From: Squalus acanthias
Lineage: Eukaryota
Length of the DNA: 64,000 bases
NCBI GenBank assembly: GCA_030390025.1
Contig: CM059431.1
Location: 141,052,001 to 141,116,000, forward strand
Direction: 5' to 3'
The notes below the pieces were generated by a model. It made no database searches. It worked only from the letters and a program-made list of their open reading frames with translations, and was not told the origin of the DNA. This document shows positions 37,884 through 49,500 of this stretch, piece by piece (within the stretch, counting starts at the first letter, position 1; every line of letters starts with the position of its first letter). The position numbers and the translations under genes were made by a program.

Positions 37884-38328
37884 GTGAGCCATTGTAACCT
37901 GTTTGTTGTTAATAGGTGTTAATTATCTCCTTGTTCTTACTGCCTGTTGGTTAAGGTAACTCGTTTTCTGGATGTCAGCATTACACAGTCAGTAGTGACT
38001 GGACCTACTAGTGAACCGCCTGTCCGCACTTCCGTGTTCTCCATAATATGATCAAGTTAATGATGTTATAAAGCTCTTTGAAGCTCCAACACAAGGATTT
38101 TAGCGGACTTTCAGACCGTCTTGTCACCCCGTGCAGAGTGAGCGCTGCAGCAGCTCATTAACATGTGTGGGTGGGTTCCCCAGGTAATGGCTCCAAAACT
38201 AACTCTCTTCTCACACTGCTCCGTGTGGATAATCACACTGAATGGAGTGAAATGCTCTCCACAGGTATCTCCATATATATTTCAATCAGACACTGGAACA
38301 TTATTTCTCTCCTCTCTCTTTATTACAG

Positions 38329-39248
38329 CGAACTTGGTGACAATGGTGATTATCTCCCAAGGAAACTGCGGCCTTTCCAAGTGTATCTCTGTCTACATGG
38401 TGGCCATGGCAACAGCAGATCTACTGGTCATGATCATCAATGTAATGGTGTATTATATCTTCAGTTATCACTTTCCACTTTCATTCCTGTACCGCACGCC
38501 CGTCTGTAAGTTCATTATGTACATGACTACTGTCAACCTCGAATTGTCTGTCTGGTTCACCGTCTCCTTCACATTTGACCGATTTGTAGTTATCTGCAGC
38601 CAGAAGTTTAAAACAAAGTATTGCACCAAGAAAACCGCGGCCGCGATTATAACAACGTTCTCTGTTCTGATCTTGTTAAATAACATCCCCTTGATGTTTG
38701 CATATAAACCTCAGCAAATAATTAACAAGGTGCAGTGGGGCTGCCGGCCAAGTGTGGCCTTCTTTACCTCATCTCCAGGTGCAGCGTGCTTGTGGTTTCA
38801 CACAGTCTGGCTAGTTTGGCTTCGTTTTACTTTAATCGCTTTGTGTAATTCTTTGACAGTCAGACGTATTTTAGTGGCCAGCAGAGCCCGCAGAGGACTC
38901 CGTACTCAGAGGAGTGAGAATCAGTGTGATCCAGAGATGGAGAGCAGAAGGAAATCCATCATTTTACTCTTCGCTATATCGGGCAGTTTTATACTGTTGT
39001 GGTTGACAGCTGTAGTGAGTTTTGCAACTACCGGACTGACAAACATCAATTATTACCGAGGCGACCGCACAAACCCAGCCTATATCGCCACTGAAACCGG
39101 AGCCATGCTGAAGCATTTGAGCTCCTGTGTAAACCCATGTATTTTTGCAGCTACCCAGAGGAAATTCAGAGAAGAGCTGAAGAAATTGCTGAAATCTCCC
39201 TGGACACTGATTCTAAGAATGGTTAACAATGAAAGAAATACGAACTAG
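38329..39248 (+). CDS. Exon 2 of the intact GPR139/GPR142-like GPCR; spliced product 329 aa, 7TM
   Basis: A polypyrimidine tract and TTACAG acceptor end at 38328; the phase-1 join gives GCG (Ala), then NLVT. Class A motifs: AN (TM1), MATADLL (TM2), VCKF, TFDRFVVIC (DRY variant), YCT, WGC (ECL2), SFILLWL (TM6), SSCVNPCIF (NPxxY variant), KFREELK (helix 8). The frame is open to TAG at 39248. Intron 37884-38328 is 445 nt, GT-AG. Confidence 0.9.
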
Positions 39249-40409
39249 AGCTCGCTTTGGAACATTAGAATTCACTGTTAGTTCCTATTGCAACTTAGAT
39301 TTGGGGTTCTCTCTCCATACATATACATCAAGATGGTTCTTGTTAAGTCTCTCAGGTACGCGATTATATCTGTGCCCCCTGTGGCACTTAACCCAACATT
39401 GACCCTGCGTTTCAACAGTTTGTTAACTGATGACCCCTGCCCAATGAGGACATTCCGCCTTTCGTATGAAAAGTGTCAGTGATGAATGAAGTTTAATAAT
39501 GAAGCAGAATATTTGATCAACGTGTTTAATATGTGACAGAGCGAGGACATTAATTTAATTCTACCGTGTAATTGACAGGATTATCCGCCAGATTTAGGAT
39601 AAGATTCGTTTTTTTTGAACTCCTGGTGACCTTATATTTTCTCACAGGTTTGCTGAAAATGTTGCTTGGACTGATTGAAGCTGCACCGATCGCCTCATCC
39701 CGTCTCCTGGGAATAAGGAGCGGTGCCGCTGTCTCATTCATAGTGTCGTGATGGTTCTCCATTTCTTTCAATGTTAACTGGCGTTGCGTCGTTTTACCTG
39801 TTTTTTCTGATGTCTCTCTTACTGAGAATTAGTTGAAGGCTTTGCAGCTACATTAAAGTAAAGCTGATATTTGCTTTTACTAATTTTGTCACAGGGAACC
39901 TGATTGCAGTTAATCTGAATCAGCGACCTGGTTACACAGGTAACGCTGTGTAAGAATTCATAATATCTTAAATAATAGGGGCAGTTAATTCAACTATCTG
40001 CACAATGTAATAGTCAAGTATTGAGATGGAACAATCCTCTGCCTGTGTTTGCACAAAGACAATAATATGTAATACCCCCTGCCTTTTACTAACTGGTGTT
40101 GACCGGGTATCCCCAGTGAAAGGTGGTGTATTGGGAGCTCCGCCCGGGCCCACTGGGGACCTGGGTTTGAGAGCGTTGCTCAGTGTAAGGACACCAGATG
40201 AACACTTGAGCCAATTCACTAACATTTTTTCCGCCCTCCTGTAATGACTCATCTGAATTTTTTTTCCAACATAAGCAGCGGTGTTTGGGTTAGTGATTGG
40301 AAGATGTGGATGAGAGGCTGCCCCTGGGATTGGTCAAATCCACCGTTCACACTGCAGGATGTGTAAGATCAGCAGAGGGGATGCCACGGACTGCTTCCAC
40401 TCTCCTTCA

Positions 40410-40450
40410 ATATACCCGGTTACACATAGAATATGTGTAACCGGGTATAT
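40410..40450. repeat. Perfect 19-bp inverted repeat with a 3-nt loop
   Basis: ATATACCCGGTTACACATA-GAA-TATGTGTAACCGGGTATAT. Confidence 0.95.
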
Positions 40451-40784
40451 CGTGTCCACTCGATGTTTAAACGCCTTCTGTGATTAATGGGCATCACATA
40501 TATAGGTTATTCTGTTGTTTCAAATTTCTTTCAAAATTTATTGGCTGGAATGTGTTTTATTTTTCACAGAAGGTTTGTGCGCTTTCTCCCATCTACTGAT
40601 GCCTGCAAATCTCTGCATGGCTTTGTTTTGCGCCCAGTTGGGCATTTCCGGATGTTTATACAACATGCCCGATATTCAGCTCTCGTGACGTCAATGTACC
40701 TGAATATTGGGCTCAGTGTATAACAGGCGATCGATGCGAGACCGATCGTTTCGTGTCCCCCGCCCATGCCCAATGTTGTCCTAT

Positions 40785-40944
40785 TTGGTGATTTATCATA
40801 TTGTTTTTTGTGGGATCTTGCTGTTCGCAAATTGGCTTAGGAATTTCCTGACATTACTGCAGTGACTATACTTTAAAAGTATTTTATTCGCTTTGAGGCG
40901 CGAAAGGACGTCCTGAGGCCTTGAAAGGCGTTATATAAATACAA
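40785..40944 (+). mobile_element. SacSINE1-like 3' fragment
   Basis: GTGGGATCTTGCTG...AAATTGGCT...GAAAGGCGTTATATAAATACAAG. Confidence 0.6.
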
Positions 40945-42779
40945 GGGGTGGAAACTCAACTTGGGGATAAGCAAAATCACATCGCTTCCTGTTATCGGCA
41001 CCGTCCAATATTCAGTTCCATAGCAGCGTGTAACAGTCGAGCGATATGACGCCGCCGGTTTGGCCACTCCTCCCATGTTAATTTCACCCAGAGTTCTTTA
41101 TTTTCATCCAATCCTCCAGGATTAGTTGTAAGGAACATTTCAGCGACCCCAATTTAAGCTGTTTTAAATACAAGTTGTAAAGTAACTTATCGCTCCATTT
41201 GGGTTTAATGGAAACTGAATATCCTGAAGCTAAACTTATTTTCAATTTCGGTCTGGGCAGAAATCTATCTGGAGCGGACTGCCGCCGAATTTCCCTTCCA
41301 TTGACTCTGATGAGAAAGACAATTGGGCGGTGTGCACAATATCCCACCGGCATTTTACACCCATCGAGGTTGGAATGTTCACATGAAACTGTGGCTTTTT
41401 CGGCAGAATTAACTGAAACGGAGGGAAGTTCAGTAGATACGGAGTTATTATCTTATTCCATTTGTTCCGAATACTAATTGATAAAGTGCCGACACTGGTG
41501 AAGAAGCCCTCGAATGTTTCAAGATTCTGCTATCACAGTCAGCTGGGCAGTTGCAGCATTTCGATTGTGGTTCAGATTTGAGTTCCTGTAGATGAAACCG
41601 ACTCTCATAAATTCTTAGACACAGCAACAGATTTAAATGTTTGCTGTAAATCTATTGCATAATGAGGTAGAAAGAAAGACTGGAATAGTTGGGGTGTAAC
41701 TGGCGCGATGTTCTCCATTGTGAATCTATAAGTCGCAACACGATGATCACGTTGGATGTGTTTGTATAACAGTGCAGAGAGTTCTGTGGTTGTAGACTGT
41801 TAGTGGAGGATTACAGAGTTCCGTCCTGCATCTGACGGCCGCACTTAGCGTTGGAATCTGCTTCTTCCTTGCAATGTTAGAGGAATCTAAAGAGACCTTA
41901 ACCTTGGCATGAATTAATACATTTTACGTTAGATTAAAGGTACAAATCAATGCACAGAGCCGATGTCCACAATCAAATGATCTCGAAAAAATAGTACGCA
42001 GAAATATTAGCAATGTATTTTTATCCTTGAAATATAAAAAATAAAACAAAACTGTTGAACAAACAAACTGCAAGGAGTGAAAGATTTCGGAGATCCTGAA
42101 TATAATTCGTGACACGTCACAGAATCGCCTGCGCGTTGCACCCATTGGCTGTTAGTGTCAGAAGGGTGGCGAACCAGATTCAACTGGGCCCCTACCCCAG
42201 ACTGTGGCGCTCTTCACAATGGGCCGCAGGAAGTGAGGTCATAGCCTGATTGTCATAGAACAGGAAATGACGCCGCCAATCAGTGTCTGTGTCAGAATGC
42301 TTCGGCTTTCTCAGTGACCGGATGTCAGTTTTCCCAGTCCCGGAATTCCGCCGGAGAACCAATTTAGGGGAGTAAAACCCAACAGCAAGTCCGTCAGCCC
42401 CAGGATATCAGTTCATTCTGCAACTCTACAAGCAAAGAACACGAGAATTGAATCAATTGTCATTGGGCAATGCAAATCGGACAGTAATTCTATAATGCCT
42501 AAAGTGCCATATAACAAACTAGATTTCATTTAATGTAATTAATTTAATATCGTTTATTTTAATTTATTTCAATTTAATTGAATGTACTCTCGTTTTATTT
42601 AATTTAATGTTATTTTATTTTCAAACTCTCTTTAAGCTGCCATTGTGATTTCTGTCACTGTTGTATTTAAATGCTGCAAATTACATTGATAACAACAGTG
42701 GATATTCCTGAGACATGAACTCTGGGGCGCTTCACGTGTCCATGATAATCACGTGTCCATGAAGTGCCTCCATCTGCTC

Positions 42780-43910
42780 GAACTTTAGCTCAGAGTTTCT
42801 GAGCTTGAGGAGGGGCTGGCGGCATTGCAGGACTGAGAATTTGCTCGACCACATGTTCCACGAGGTGGTCACCCCGCAGCAACAGTGAGTTCAGGAGGAT
42901 AGTAAGTTGGCAGTTTGCGAAGAGGTAGGTGTTGCCGGGATCCTCCGGGAGTGTGGCACTCTCAAGAATGGGGCCTATTCTGGGCCAAAAAGGAGATCTG
43001 CTTGTGCAAGCAGGGGGCAAGACTTAAGTACTAAATGAATACTTTGCATGTGTCTTCACTAAAGAGAAGGATGCGGCCCATGTCACAGTAAAAGAAGCGA
43101 TAGATGAGAAATTGGATAGGAAAAACATAAATAAGAGGAGACATTTATAAGGTTGGCAGCACTCAATGTAGCAAAGTCACCCGGCCCAAATGGGCTGTAT
43201 CCTAGGTAGCTCATGGAAGTAAGGGTTGAAATTGCAGAGACTCTGTACAAAATCTTCAAATCCTCCTTAGATATGGGAGTGCTGTCAGCGTAGTAAAGGA
43301 TTGCAAATATTACACCCTTTCAAAAAACGGGAGAGGGTAAACCCGACAAATATAGGCAAGTCAGCCTAACGTCGTGCGGAAACATTTGGAGACAATAATC
43401 CGACATAAATTTATATAGCACTTTCACAATGTGGGTTAATCAATGAAAGCCAGCACGGATTATTTTACTAATTTGATCGAGTTCTTTTATGAAGTAACTG
43501 AGAGGGTTGATGACGACAGTGCAGTTGATGCTGTGTATATCGACTTTAAAAAGACGTTTGATAAAGTACTACATTATAGAACTGTAAGCAAAATTGAAGT
43601 CAGAATTTAAATCAAAATTGAAAACAGAAAGCAGGAAGCTTAAGATAAATGTTAGGTAAATAAATCAGTGGAGCACCTGGATGAATGCAAATTAGGAAGG
43701 ATTTCCATAAAGTCAATGTGGAGAAATTATTTTCAGTGACAGACTGCTCGGTAACCAGAGGAAACCGATTTAAGGTAATTGGTACAAAACCCAGCGGGGT
43801 CATGAGGAAAAATAAGTGAACAAAATGAGTAGCAGAGGAGTGGGACGAATTGGTTATCTCTTTGAAAGAGCCGGCACAGGCACAGTCGGCCAAATGGCCT
43901 CCTTCTGTAA
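42780..43910 (+). mobile_element. Internally deleted CR1 pieces (ORF1 remnant, RT, 3' end)
   Basis: Motifs include LRVSELEE..HEVVTPQ, SPGPNGLYP and YIDFKKTFDKVLH. Confidence 0.7.
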
Positions 43911-45630
43911 AGTCTAATTCGAGGATGCTATGATTGTATGATCTTCCGTGCCATTGTTCGTAGTGAGTCGCAGTCTAGAGTGTAAATTTAACACATTCTG
44001 CACAAAGAAAGCGGAGATGCTGATTGTTGGGAGCGGATATGGGGTCTTGAAGTATTTTGGGAGAAGTGGGCTCACAGTGAGGAGCTCAGACTGCAGAGAA
44101 AGACACAAATTCAGTGAACCCTTTGCGAGGCCTTTCTCACCATTTAACGCTAACAGTTAAGTAAGGGTTATTTCCTTCAAGAGAAATTTGAATCAATCAG
44201 AAAAGTATAGCATTGTTTGAACTATTGCTAGTGGTTCAATTGAAGCGTATCACACACTATATCCAATCATTAGAATACATTAGTGAAGCTATTAAATTCA
44301 TAAAAAATACTTTAAAATTGGAATTGAAACTAAACATTGGGAGTTTAGCAATTATCTGTGAGAAATACCTCCTGTAGTTTCACCCCAAACGTGCGTCTCT
44401 TTCTGGAGCCGGCTCCTTATATTTTGTTAAATTTTTAAAAAGCTCAGCCCAGTACCGGTCTCCCGTAATGCATCAGTTCAGTTGGAGTCTCTGTCACGGG
44501 TGGACTACAATTCCCAGAACCCAGCAGGGTATCAGTGCACGTCAGTTCGTGTAACTCTCAATTTTGCAATGCAGCATAGCCCCGCCCCATCTCCTCTTTC
44601 GACCAATTCTTTAGTAAGGAGGTAAAGGAGTGAATGAAGGATTCATCTTCTTCCTCAGCATTTATGCTTCAGGATAATGCAATCCAGCATTTCAGCAATG
44701 GGATCTCCACGACGTGGGAAAATACTTGGATTAGCAACACAGGAGATTCCGTGTATTTGATGCTGTGTTGGGCCCCTTCAACACAACACAACCGAATTCC
44801 TCTGTTTGTACTTCAGTGAAGTAGATATAACTACGTTGCCAGCTTTTGATTTCTTAACGTAGGGACAGGCACCAAAGACTATCCCATTAACAAGTGCGCG
44901 TATGATTGGGATAAATTGGCAATTTAACAAAATAATGTTAAATTATAGAGTTCCTGTTATTGCCTCCTAAACTGCAGTATATGGATTGACAGGAGTTTCC
45001 ACTTAAACGTGTACTTTTTGATAACCTTCCCTTCTTTCAAGATAATTTTCTTGCTTGCTTCGTTGTATATCTTGACAGTTTAACTCCTCAGATCGAAATT
45101 CATCAGTTTACCTTTGCCTGTGTCATGCAGCACATGGATGTTGCAGTTTGTTTACAGAAGGTTATGTTTGGCATGTGATAAACTTTCGCTAATATAGTTG
45201 TCAACCTCAGAGCCAGATAAATAGGTTTGTGCTGAATGACCCTCCTGGTAATTCAGTAAATACAGAATACAGTTACCCACTGAGCTGAAATGTTCCACCC
45301 GGCGCCCCTGCTTACCCCTAATTTCACATTTTTAACTTAAAGATCTTTATGATTAAACTCCTTGATACAGTGAAGAATTTGGGTAATTTGTGCATTCTCC
45401 TCGTAACATTAAAACTGACATTAGATCAGCTGGAGGTTTCCTCTTTTCTAAAGATAGAAAGCAGGATTTTCTATAATTTCTTCAAACGTGCAATTGTGAA
45501 TCCCTGGAATTTCTGGTACTGAGCGGTGTGACCTATAAAGTGCAGAAATATCCTTTCCATTATTAGCTTACGAGAACTGCCCACACAGCCCAAATGATGT
45601 AAACCCCACACTTCTTCTGCCAACAATAAT

Positions 45631-46390
45631 GGCCCGAAAATTAGACCTAATACGCGAGAGTACGCACTGTGTACTCTCGCGTATTAGGTCTCCAATTGTC
45701 GCTTTCTTGCATGCACTGCGCATGCGCGGGAAACCGGCACTTCGTGAATTCAAAAGGAGGCGGTTGCTAAGTGAACCGCGTGCGCACTACAGGCTGTGCG
45801 CACGCAGTGCACTTAGTTTTTTTTCTAGCTTCAAACGCGCAGGTAAGTGGTGAAGATTTTACACACAAAGAAAGCAGGCGTAGGATCCCCTTTTAACAAG
45901 GTAAGTAGTTAATTAAGTGTTATTTTAAATTTTTTTCAACAGGTTTATCTTTTTTAGAGACTTTAAAGAAAGGTAAGTTTATTTTTATAACTTTTAAAAA
46001 GATTTTAAATTTTTTCAAAAATGTTATTTTTTGTTTAAAGTGGTTAATTTATTTAACTATACTTATTTTATTAATGTGATGGCTTTTTTAATTTAATTGA
46101 AGTTTAGCTGTTCTTTTGGGGGGTGTAGTATTCATAGCTTTGACAGGTCTTCCTGTCAAAACTATGAATGAAAGATGGTGTGCTGCCATTGGCTCTAACT
46201 GAATCACATGATCCCAGAGCTCGCACGAACTAATTGTGCCTCTGGGATACGCACACACTGGACGGTTGCATGTGGGAGAGTCTTTGAAACTAAAGTTCGT
46301 GTGGGCCCGGAGCAAAAAGGTAGGCGCGGAGTGCGATATCGCAGGGAATCCTTACCCCCGCGGGAACCCTCACTGTTTAATTTCTGGGCC
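45631..46390. mobile_element. MITE (PIF/Harbinger-like) with internal hairpins
   Basis: Imperfect TIRs GGCCCGAAAATTA and TAATTTCTGGGCC, flanks AAT and ACT, GC-rich subterminal palindromes and an AT-rich centre. Confidence 0.65.
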
Positions 46391-46501
46391 ACTATATTTC
46401 ATTGGAACTCTATTCCTCTGATATTCTAGGGACCATTCTTGAACAAAGGGGAGATCAGGAACTGGCAGAGGGAGGGAACCCGTGGGACTAGAAACTGGAA
46501 G

Positions 46502-49500
46502 TGAAACATAGTAACATAGAAGGTAGGAGCAGGAGTAGGCCATTCGGCCCCTCGAGCCTGCTCCGCCATTTAATGAGATCATGGCTGATCATTCAAACTC
46601 AGTACCCTGTACCTGCCCTTTCCCCATATCCCTTGATCCCTTTAGCTTTAAGAAATATATCTAACTCATTCTTGAAAATATTTAATGACTTGGACTCAAC
46701 TATCTTCTGTGGTAGAGATTTCCACAGTTTCACCACTCTCTGGGTGAAGAAATTCTTCCTCATTTCTGTCCTAAATGGCTTACCCCTTATCCTTAGATTT
46801 TGACCCCTGGTTCTGGACTCTCCGACCACCGGGAGCGTTCTTTCTTCATCTAGTTTGTCCAGACCTGTCAGAATTTTATATGTTTCGATGAGATCCCCTC
46901 TCATTCTTCTATACTCCAGCGAGTATAAGCCCAAACGACCCAATCTCTTCTCATATGTCATTCCTGACTTCTCAGGTATCAGCCTTGTGAATCTTCGCTG
47001 AACTCCTTCCATGGCAAGAACATCCTTACTCAGATAAGGCGACCAAAACTGCACACAGTCCTCAAGGTGTGGTCTCACCAAGGCCCTGTACAACTGCAGC
47101 AGGACATCCCTGTTCCTATACTCAAACCCTTTCGCTATGAAGGCCAACGTACCATTTGCCATCTTCACCGCCTGCTGCACCTGCATGCTTACCTTCAGCG
47201 ACTGGTGCACAAGGACACCCATTTCTCGCTGCACTTCCCCTTCTCCCAATCTATTGCCGTTCAGATAGTAGTCTGCCTTTCTGTTTTTGACACCAAAGTG
47301 GATAACCTCGCATTTATCCACGTTAACCAGCATCTGCCACGCTTCTGCACACTCACCCAACCTGTCCAAATCATCCTGGAGTTTCTCGGTAAACTCCTCG
47401 CAGCACACATGCCCACCCAGCTTTGTGTCATCTGCAAACTTGGAGATATTACATTTAGTTCCATTATCTAGATCATTAATATATATCGTGAATAGCTGGG
47501 GTCCAAAGACCGCTCCCTGCAGTACCCACAAGTCACTGCCTGCCACTTGGAAAAAGACCCATTAATTCCTACTCTCTGCTTTCTATCCGCCAACCAGTTC
47601 TCTATCCAATTCAATACCTTGCCCCCAATCCCATGTGCCTTAACTTTACACGCTAATCTCTTATGCGGGACCTTATCGAAAGCCTTTTGAAAGTCCAAAT
47701 ACACCACAACTACTGGTTCTCCCTTATCTATTTTCCCAGTTGCATCCTCAAAAAATTCCAGTAGATTAGTCAAGCAGGATTTACCTTTTCTAAATCCATA
47801 TTGACTTTGTCCGATCCTGTCACAGTTTTTCAAGTGCTCAGCTATTACATCCTTTATAATGGACTCTAGCATTTTCCCCAATACCGATGTCAGGCTAACT
47901 GGTCTGTAATTCCCCGCTTTCTCTCTACAACCTTTATTGAATAGTGGGGTAACATTAGCTACCCTCCAATCCATGGGTACAGTTCCAGGTTCCATCGAAT
48001 GTTGGAAGATGATCAGCAATGCATCTACTATTTCTAGGGCCACTTCCTTAAGTATCCTAGGATGTAGGTGATCAGGCCCTGGGGATTTATCGGCCTTCAA
48101 TCCCGTCAATTTCCCTAACACTATTTCCCTGCAAATACTGATTTCTTTCAGTTCCTCCCTTTCATCAGACCCTATGTTCTCCAATATCTCTGGGAGGTTA
48201 TTTGTTTCCTCCTTTATGAAGACAGTACCAAAATATGCATTTAATTGGTCAGCCATTTCTTTGTTCCCCGTTATAACTTCCCCTGATTCTGACTGCAAGG
48301 GACGTACGCTTGACTTCACCAATCTTTTTCTCTTCACATATCTATAAAAGCTCTTACAGTCAGTTTTTTATGTTCCCTGAAGCTTACTTTCATATTCTAT
48401 TTTCCCCTTCTTAATTAATCCCTTTGTCCTCCTTTGTTGAATCCTTAACTGCTCCCAATCCTCAGGGTTACCGCTTTTTCTGGCCAATTTATATGCCCTC
48501 TCCTTTGATCTTATGCTATCCCTAATTTCACTTGTTAGCCACGGTTGAGTCACCCTTTTTGTTTTATTCTTATGCCACACTGGGATAAACAAATTCTGTA
48601 GTTCATCCATGCAGTCTCAATGTTTGCCATTGCCTATCCACCGTCAACCCTTTGAGTGACATTCCCCAATCAATCCTACCCAATTCGCGCCTCAGACCAT
48701 CGTAATTTCCTTTATTTATATTCAGGACCCTCGTGTCTGATTCAACTACTTCACTCTCCATCCTAATGAAGAATTCTATCATATTATGATCACTCTGACA
48801 CAAGGGGCCTCGTACAACAAGATTGCTAATTAATCCTATCTCGTTACATAATACCCAGTCTAAGATGGCCGGATCTCTGGTTGGTTCCTCGACATATTGT
48901 TCCAGAAAACCATCCTGTATACATTCTAGGAATTCTCCTCCACAGTATTTTTACTTATTTGGTTAGCCCAATCTATATGTAAATTAAAGTCACCCTTGAT
49001 GACTGCTGTGCCCTCACTGCATGCTTCTATAATTTTCCTTTTAATGCCGTCCCTAACCTCCGTATTACTGTTTGGAGGTCTATATACCACTCCCACCAAC
49101 GTTTTCTGCACCTTGTTATTTCTCAGTTATAACAATACAGATTCCGCATCATCAGAGTTGCTATCCTTCCTTTCAATTGTGTTAATCCCCTCTTTAACCA
49201 GCAATGCTACCCCACCTCCCCTTCTTTTTTGCCTATCTTTCCTAAATATGGAATACCCCTGGATGTTCAATTCCCAGCCTTGGCCACCCTGGAGCCATGT
49301 TTCGGTAATCTCAATCATATCGTATTCATTTACCTCTATTTGCGCAGCTAATTCATCCACCTTGTTCCGAATGTTCCTTGCATTCAGACACAAAGCCTTC
49401 AGGCTTGATTTTTTAACGCTCTCACACCTATATGAATTATTATTTACTGTGACCATGTTTGATTTAAACCTTTGAGTTCTTTGCCTTCTACTTTTGTTAT

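Noticed and set aside
38163..38328. N-terminal extension of the 361-aa ORF (MCGWVPQV...)
   Set aside because: This is intron read-through. It contains the polypyrimidine tract and acceptor, and the true TM1 start is in exon 1 at 37814.
39895..39939. 45-nt AG/GT-flanked micro-exon candidate
   Set aside because: No recognisable product or partner exons, and such splice-like pairs arise often by chance.
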